From Isoptericola halotolerans (GTDB lineage Bacteria > Actinomycetota > Actinomycetes > Actinomycetales > Cellulomonadaceae), in NCBI RefSeq assembly GCF_013149785.1, contig NZ_JABEZU010000002.1:372001-436000 (forward strand): DNA of 64,000 nt. The letters are read 5' to 3'. The number at the start of each line of letters is the position of its first letter. Within the stretch, counting starts at the first letter, position 1. The translations under genes were made by a program, and so were the position numbers. Positions 59,801-64,000 of this stretch are shown here, one piece after another. The notes beneath the pieces are model-generated. The model was not told the origin of the DNA and made no database searches. It was given only the letters and a program-made list of their open reading frames with translations.

Positions 59801-61856
59801 GCTCGGCCTGCTCAAGGTGGTCAACGGTGACGGTGCCGACGGGTACGGTGCCGGACCGTTCGTCCTGGACGTCGTGTGCGTCCTGACCGGGACCGAGCCG
59901 GACCCGCGAGTCGTCTACGACGGCTCTGTGGTGCTCGGGGGTGCCGGCCCGCTCGAGGCTCAGATCACGCACCTGGCCGCCGGCGCGGAGTGCACGGTGA
60001 CCGAGAGCGAGGACGGCGGAGCGACCAGCACGGTCGTCACGCCCGAGGCCGTGGCCGTCGATGCTGGCGAGACCGTCGAGGTCGAGGTCGTCAACACCTT
60101 CGACGTCGGGTCGATCCAGGTGGAGAAGATCGTCGCCGGTGACGCGGCCGAGTTCGCCGTCGGCCCGTTCGAGGTGCTGCTGGAGTGCAGCTGGCAGGGC
60201 GAGGACCTGCCGATCCCCGGCGGGGCCGCGCGCGAGCTGGAGCCGGGCGACCCCGTGACCTACGACGGCTTGCCCGTCGGTGCCGACTGCGTGGTGACCG
60301 AGACGGTCGACGGCGGGGCGACCTCCGTCGAGGTGTCGACGGTCGACGACGGCGCCCCCGGTGCCGTGACCATCGGCACCGAGCCTGCTGAGGTGACCGT
60401 CACCAACACCTTCGACGCCGGGACCGTCCAGGTGGACAAGGTGGTCGACGGCGATGCCGCGCAGTACGCGACCGGCCCGTACGAGGTCGTGCTGGAGTGC
60501 ACCTTCGGCGGCGAGGAGGTCGACGTCCCGGGCGGAGCCGCCCGCGAGCTGGTCCCCGGTGAGCCCGTGCTCTACGAGGGCCTGCCCGTCGGCGCGGCGT
60601 GCGCCGTGACCGAGACCGACGACGGCGGTGCCACCGGCGTGGTCATCGCGCCGGAGTCCGTGACGGTCGGGGCCGAGCCGGTGGAGGTCGTCGTGACCAA
60701 CAGGTTCGATCTCGGGCAGGTCGCGGTCACCAAGGTGGTCGACGGCCCCGGCGCCGAGTTCGGCGTCGGGCCCTTCGAGGTGGCGCTGGAGTGCACCTTC
60801 CGCGACCAGCCCGTCGAGGTGCCCGACGGCGCGACGCGGGTGCTCGAGGCCGACGGCACGGTGACGTACGCCGGCCTGCCCGTCGGGTCCGACTGCCTGG
60901 TCACCGAGATCGACACCTACGGCGCGACGAGCAGCCACCTCACGACGACGGTCGGTGACGGCGTACCCGGTCAGGTGGTGGTGCCGGCTGCTGGTGCCGA
61001 TCCGGCCGTCGTCACCGTGACCAACACCTACGAGGTGGGGTCGGTACAGGTGGACAAGGTCGTGGACGGCCCGGGCGCCGAGCTCTGGGGCGCCGGACCG
61101 TTCGAGGTGACCCTCGAGTGCACCTTCGGTGGCGAGGAGATCGAGGTGCCCGGCGGGGCGGCGCGCGTGCTCGTGCCCGGCGAACCGGCGTCGTACCACG
61201 GCCTGCCCGACGGTGCGGAGTGCGTCGTGACGGAGACCGACGACGGCGGCGCCGTCGAGGTCGCCGTCTCCGCCGTGGACGACGGCGCCCCGGGCGCCGT
61301 GGTCGTGGCCGCGGGGGAGACCGGTGAGGTCACCGTGACCAACACCTTCGAGCTCGGATCGGTCGAGGTGGACAAGGTCGTGGAGGGACCCGGTGCGGAG
61401 CAGCAGGGTGCCGGCCCCTTCGAGGTGACCCTGGAGTGCACGTTCGTCGGCGAATCGATCGACGTGCCGGGCGGTGCGGTGCGCGAGCTCGTCCCGGGAG
61501 ATGCGGTCGGGTACGAACGGCTGCCCGTCGGGGCGGACTGCCTCGTCACGGAGACGGACGACGGCGGCGCGGACGCCACGACGGTGTCCGCCGTCGACGG
61601 CGGCGCGCCGGGAGCGGTCTTCGTGTCGTCGGGTGAGGCCACCGCCGTGACCGTGACGAACACGTTCGGACCGGTGCCGTCCGAGCCCGGGACCGGTGGT
61701 TCCGACCCCGGTGCCGAGGGCACCGGAGGCAACGTCTCGGGCGGCGGCGACCTTCCCCGCACGGGGGTCGCGGTCGCCGGGGTGCTGGGCCTCGTGGTCC
61801 TGCTGCTGGCGGCGGGCGTGCTCCTGCTGACCGTGCGTCGTCGACAGGAGTCCTGA
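53835..61856 (+). CDS. Giant sortase-anchored repeat protein (DUF11-like plus 8 DUF5979/CnaB-like repeats), about 2670 aa
   Basis: RBS GAGGGAG, signal peptide ending ASA, eight ~105-aa G..V.K.V.G...PFEV.LEC...LP.G..C.VTE...VTN repeats, and LPRTG + TM + RRR. Confidence 0.9.
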   Translation: MTRRAPRHGVTGATARRGRGGARLLTQRHRRGWSILGVFALALPLVAVPATSASAATWGIQKMETSAGPYAPGQDVQWLVTVSCSDPNQDPCTNAVLSDPMPDGVELVSATIQNQGSSDGQIDADLETDTVTYTAPSVDNGTQVQIAITGRIDPDLPYSASGVPITNTATVDADNADEVSAEDDIVPVVELVLGSETTKSIDPGGALAEPGTPATMTLGATNTSNDAVDTLVVQDPADPTADPNPFDYLEYTGTGDITLPPDADTVTTEYWDGDSWETLDGAVDPSTVQGVRYTFSGDIQPGATATIPVEVQQSEAVTELTEATTVVNEVSSYVTHPEGDSEPTTAQDDYVITPPNNAVTASKSFDPATVSAGDPTTVTLGATNDGTQVGSLTITEPSPGTDSPFEGESALTFTGFGTDGAGAGIVWPADATEVTVTFTCADGATSSESTTTANTLPAPPDGCELVGFSVEFTGDIVSSAEATIPFTADTDPDQQLDDVTHTNQITAQVPNAEDTATAELVTLNDRLATETTKSITPSTIPAVPGQGVIVQLPTQLLPFGPDGSTTNADQIVVQDPTDPANPSSFWDSFAPTEVRSTDVPADATLTVSYWDGSDWVAAPGCGPYTGPDTVSCDLPDGAEGVQLVYDSTGNGFAPGTQVQPNLVATFTGSTDQDETLANCAASTASSEAVGTTEPSEACAEVTLEPVDPGVGPDLLDKEFLDNPADVVARSDEQATARLTWSTGGFSGMEQVVVQDTADPVAGDDPAIADSFFDAFDLVSIAADDPLLPYDQIESVELFVDGAWVAATGDPCPCDGGFPGYTLTEAEQESATSVRLTYVESPTRGTGDPVAPQPGDGVARSTQSDGRHLDLTFQVRDTKRSDGSPALGTTNGTVYNAGDAGLVNDTARGTATLGESEYTDVDDDDVTIIDQPLNVAVAKDWTGGPISVPPAGTPAALYPSTTATITGTNTSAAKVDQLRLAEPGIPGSGDVQTAEGTRPFDDFTLTAIDLTPPAGTDEITVTLTTWDGATTTSTDHVVEADGTGLPADLSDVVGVEVAFDGLVEAGADGVLDLTLQLREADRYTGESITLDTLESNPVPNGAVATITDPGGTGDDVRLAYDDATMELQDAEIDLEVGKSFEPGEIVEPGTGPVTMTLSGRPLGPSRTVEMVLTDDDPQFWNQYDVAGFDGATLTAPIEQVQVDAFTGATFTGEAGSSDPVEVDGGTWVEGTPSATFELPDGVAPGDVQGLRFTFTRADGSVWENPALPLQEVPISVERRLEMRSGGAVQHDLVGNDPAPGESAPGVASNTVDGQVTGADLVVDPETGEPVPVSATDAADAEIVYVHATNAVEIVKNFDDVVSGGTQTPNGVFPMNITVTNTGDRAIVDPVMVDDPMPSDGDGAQLRLADVDEPFSYVLDGAAPDPANGPALPTDPADVTVDQTGDLEALEFSFPDGSVLEVGQSYTITVQVQFRLGLPAQTLVQNTAGVTGDRPWDACESRLDDETGACEADADVTPIPAAVLSQTKQVKATEDDQLDVIVDPAASNPPAECVPDADGFYSYPCTPVIAPGHNETWRIEINNVGNLPMDKLVIYDRLPTPGDTGSYASSARNSAWGPYLTTDPPPELVNAPEGSEVSFAYSTVQDYCMDDLEDAANEPLCPTDDPETGWVQLTGTESDELFASITAIKIVITFPEDDLFQPGDHVDLDGTTTTPPVAPEAGDLSIAWNSAAASGSVISNGSTVSMLPTEGTKVGVATATGSLAVDKEVTGPGQAYAPDSFELTVECVSAVGTWVEAELDPITVTVTPGEPVTVPNLPYGAECTLTEGDNGQSSFTTETVTIGQEPDVAEITATNDYQLTGLDLAKLVESDAVDATGGAVPYGPFEVMVECTFLGETIYADGYDAENPMVLTLEGGAAPVVLDGLPVGTECTVTETDTMSAASTSIEVSQDGTDPVVTDGTSTTVVLTGLPDTAEEIPTSVEITNVYEVGTLGLLKVVNGDGADGYGAGPFVLDVVCVLTGTEPDPRVVYDGSVVLGGAGPLEAQITHLAAGAECTVTESEDGGATSTVVTPEAVAVDAGETVEVEVVNTFDVGSIQVEKIVAGDAAEFAVGPFEVLLECSWQGEDLPIPGGAARELEPGDPVTYDGLPVGADCVVTETVDGGATSVEVSTVDDGAPGAVTIGTEPAEVTVTNTFDAGTVQVDKVVDGDAAQYATGPYEVVLECTFGGEEVDVPGGAARELVPGEPVLYEGLPVGAACAVTETDDGGATGVVIAPESVTVGAEPVEVVVTNRFDLGQVAVTKVVDGPGAEFGVGPFEVALECTFRDQPVEVPDGATRVLEADGTVTYAGLPVGSDCLVTEIDTYGATSSHLTTTVGDGVPGQVVVPAAGADPAVVTVTNTYEVGSVQVDKVVDGPGAELWGAGPFEVTLECTFGGEEIEVPGGAARVLVPGEPASYHGLPDGAECVVTETDDGGAVEVAVSAVDDGAPGAVVVAAGETGEVTVTNTFELGSVEVDKVVEGPGAEQQGAGPFEVTLECTFVGESIDVPGGAVRELVPGDAVGYERLPVGADCLVTETDDGGADATTVSAVDGGAPGAVFVSSGEATAVTVTNTFGPVPSEPGTGGSDPGAEGTGGNVSGGGDLPRTGVAVAGVLGLVVLLLAAGVLLLTVRRRQES

Positions 61857-61871
61857 CGGCCGACGGCTGAC

Positions 61872-61909
61872 CGACGGCGCCCCTGCCCACGCCGCCAGGG
61901 GCGCCGTCG
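61872..61909 (+). terminator. GC-rich hairpin after giant surface protein 2
   Basis: 14-bp stem CGACGGCGCCCCTG / CAGGGGCGCCGTCG. Confidence 0.7.
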
Positions 61910-62024
61910 TCGTGTGCGGGGTCGCGCCGGGAACCACGGCGGACTTCACCCGGTGGCTGCCGTCAGGTGCGGGCGCGACGTGGGTCATGACAGGTATCGG
62001 GCGGAGACAGGCGAGGGGGCCTCG

Positions 62025-62525
62025 GTGATGGTGCGGACGACGTACGCGTTGACCCCGACGATCTGGGGGTATGCACGGATCAGTGGTTCCGGGACACCGG
62101 AACGGCCCGGTGCGCAGGCGGGAGTGGTTCGCGTCGACGTGATGGTCCCGCCGCTCCTGACGCCTGACGAGCTCGCCGACCTGCACGCGCGCCTGCGACC
62201 GACGGCGGCGGAGGGCGGCCGGGAGGTCGATGTCGGTCTGCGTGCTCGTCGCGTCGTCCGTGAGGCCCTGGCCGGTGCCATCGAGGTCCAGACGAGCGAG
62301 GCGCTCGACCGGGCCGACCGCGACGTGGCCGAGTCGCCACTCGTCGGCGCTTTCGCCCGCCTGGTGGTGCGCGGCGGGCAGTGCAGTCTTGCGGTCGCCC
62401 ACGCAGCGCTGGCGCGTGAGCTGGCCTGGGCCGGTGTCCGGGCGGCGTGCGAGGGGGACACCTCGGGCATGGTCGATGCCGTGCTGGCGCTGGACGCCTT
62501 GCTGGCGGCGCCGAACCGTACCTGA
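62025..62525 (+). CDS. Hypothetical protein (start uncertain; could be near 62124-62142)
   Basis: The 3' two-thirds has coding-like codon bias and a helical Ala/Leu-rich sequence. Followed by a hairpin at 62534-62570. Confidence 0.45.
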   Translation: MMVRTTYALTPTIWGYARISGSGTPERPGAQAGVVRVDVMVPPLLTPDELADLHARLRPTAAEGGREVDVGLRARRVVREALAGAIEVQTSEALDRADRDVAESPLVGAFARLVVRGGQCSLAVAHAALARELAWAGVRAACEGDTSGMVDAVLALDALLAAPNRT

Positions 62526-62688
62526 CGGCACGTGGTCCGGGACCCGTCCCCCTGCGACGTGTCCCGGACCGTGGTCGGTGTCGACCCGTGCCTGCGGCAG
62601 CGACGACCCGCGGGCAAAGGGGGGGACTACCCGCAAGCCGCCGCCATGTGGACAGACACGGCTGAGCGTGTTCGATGACGGGTCGCGA

Positions 62689-62704
62689 CGTGATCCATGT
62701 CACG
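62689..62704. promoter_or_regulatory. CRP/GlxR-like box
   Basis: CGTGA-TCCATG-TCACG palindrome; TACGGT follows 24 nt later and the ATG is at 62790. Confidence 0.6.
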
Positions 62705-62789
62705 GCTGGTGGCGTCATGATCGATAAGTACGGTTGTCTAACTATCTGGTGGTGAGAGTCTCCACCAGGGACGATCGAACGGAGCATTC

Positions 62790-64000
62790 ATGACTCACGC
62801 AGTGGAGCGGGGGGCCGTCCCCGGCCGCCTGCGCCGGGCGGCAACCCTGGTTGCCGCCACGAGCCTCGCGCTCGGCGGAGCGCTCGCCGCCACCGTCGGG
62901 CCCGGAGCGACGCCTGCCGCGGCGGCCGTGCCCGCCGACCGGTGCGCGGCCGAGGGGGAGATGCCGGGCATCGGCAACGTCCCCACCTTCACCGACGGCA
63001 ACGTCGCCGTGTACGCGGGTGGCGACTACCTCGCCGCCGGCACCGCGGCCGAGTCCGAGGGCCTGCTGCTGGTCCGCGGCGACGCCACGTTCGCCAAGGA
63101 CTCCGGCGGCGTCTTCAACGTCGGGTCCGTCGGCGTCGGCTCCGGCATCAGCCCGGCGCCCGGCGAGACGATGCTCGCCGTCGGCGGTGACCTCGTCGTC
63201 GCCGACAGCACCGAGGTGCACGTCGGCGCGCTCGTCGACGGCGGCGGGGCCGTGCGTGTCGGAGGGAGCCTGACCCCGGGTGGTGGTGTGGACGCCTTCG
63301 GCGCCACGGTGACCGACAGCCTGGGCGAGGCCTCGGCCATGGCTCCGTACGAGGACTTCCAGACCACGATCACCGAGGTGTCGTCCGACCTCGCCGGCGC
63401 CGAGATCACCGGGACCGTCGAGCGGTCCGGGAACCAGGTCGTCCTCCGCGGCGCCGGTGGCCCCGGCCTCGAGTCCTTCTCGATCGCGGCGGCCGACCTG
63501 AACGGCGCCACCGAGGTCTACCTCGACGGTGTCGACGAGGGCGCGGCGGTTGCGATCACGGTCACGGGCGGCCCCGTCGACTTCGCCCCGACCTACCTCG
63601 CTCTCGACGGGGAGCGGGTGGACGACTTCACCAGCGACAGCTTCGGCAACGCCGCGTCCCGGCTCCTGTGGAACTTCGCGGACGCCGAGCAGATCACCAT
63701 CGGTGGCTCCAGCCAGTTCATGGGCACGATCCTGGCGCCCGTCGCGGACGCCGAGATCACGGCCAGCACCAACGGTCGTGTCTACGTCGGAGGCGACCTG
63801 ACCACCAGCGGCACCGGCAACGAGCAGCACAACTACCCGTGGATCGGCGCGCCGGAGACGAGCTGTGTCGCCGAGACCGTCGAGGTCGGCGGGTTCTCCG
63901 TGGTCAAGGAGGTCACCGGCGCGGGTGCCGACCTGGTGGACCCGGGCACGGAGTTCTCCGTGGAGTACGCCGCGACCGTCGACGGCGAGCCCGTCGCGGG
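62790..64000 (+). CDS. Choice-of-anchor A-like surface protein, 5' part (runs off the window; absent from the ORF track)
   Basis: Manual translation: MTHAVERG... signal peptide, AAESEGLLLVRGD, RLLWNF, QFMGTILAP, TNGRVYVGGDL, GNEQHNYPW, then a GGFSVVKEVTG repeat start. Confidence 0.85.
   Translation, partial: MTHAVERGAVPGRLRRAATLVAATSLALGGALAATVGPGATPAAAAVPADRCAAEGEMPGIGNVPTFTDGNVAVYAGGDYLAAGTAAESEGLLLVRGDATFAKDSGGVFNVGSVGVGSGISPAPGETMLAVGGDLVVADSTEVHVGALVDGGGAVRVGGSLTPGGGVDAFGATVTDSLGEASAMAPYEDFQTTITEVSSDLAGAEITGTVERSGNQVVLRGAGGPGLESFSIAAADLNGATEVYLDGVDEGAAVAITVTGGPVDFAPTYLALDGERVDDFTSDSFGNAASRLLWNFADAEQITIGGSSQFMGTILAPVADAEITASTNGRVYVGGDLTTSGTGNEQHNYPWIGAPETSCVAETVEVGGFSVVKEVTGAGADLVDPGTEFSVEYAATVDGEPVA

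Noticed and set aside
62600..62660. GGGCAAA segment as a c-di-GMP-I riboswitch upstream of the adhesin-like gene
   Set aside because: The GNRA hairpin and downstream conserved GCAAAG/P2 elements are missing.

Overview
High-GC actinobacterial chromosome segment, most likely Micrococcales (inferred from gene content and frequent leaderless starts). The left half (1-32.5 kb) is mostly metabolic or housekeeping. It contains the 3' end of a DUF559/Vsr-like nuclease-fold gene, a DrrAB-like ABC exporter, a GntR regulator divergent from ehuBCDA, and an aminotransferase. Next comes a poorly characterised module of SHOCT, DUF6325, FGE, arylsulfatase, MalT-like LuxR, CMD-like and membrane-protein genes, followed by thyA-folA, a CBM2-GH6 cellulase, xylBA/xylR, tRNA-Arg(CCT), an SNF2 helicase and a DinB-family gene. 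The right half (32.8-64 kb) is almost entirely cell-surface machinery. A 13-gene, tightly coupled Tad/Flp pilus operon ends in a membrane-spanning LysM-LysM-TM-BTAD protein, a Cys-rich secreted protein and two lipoproteins. Four large adhesin-like genes follow (three with a visible LPxTG anchor, the fourth cut by the window edge) around an apparently truncated ECF sigma factor. Non-coding signals read from the DNA: (i) a dispersed palindrome family with GTTGTGGG...CCCACAAC ends, including two 72-bp copies with a compensatory change, one abutting the DUF559 gene; (ii) a TCAC-N9-GTGA-type box upstream of three transcription units of the sulfatase module; (iii) CRP/GlxR-like boxes upstream of all four adhesin-like genes; (iv) an exact PafBC-type promoter in front of the ABC exporter. 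No integrase, transposase, CRISPR array or rRNA was seen. All product calls are from motif recognition by eye; no database searches were run.
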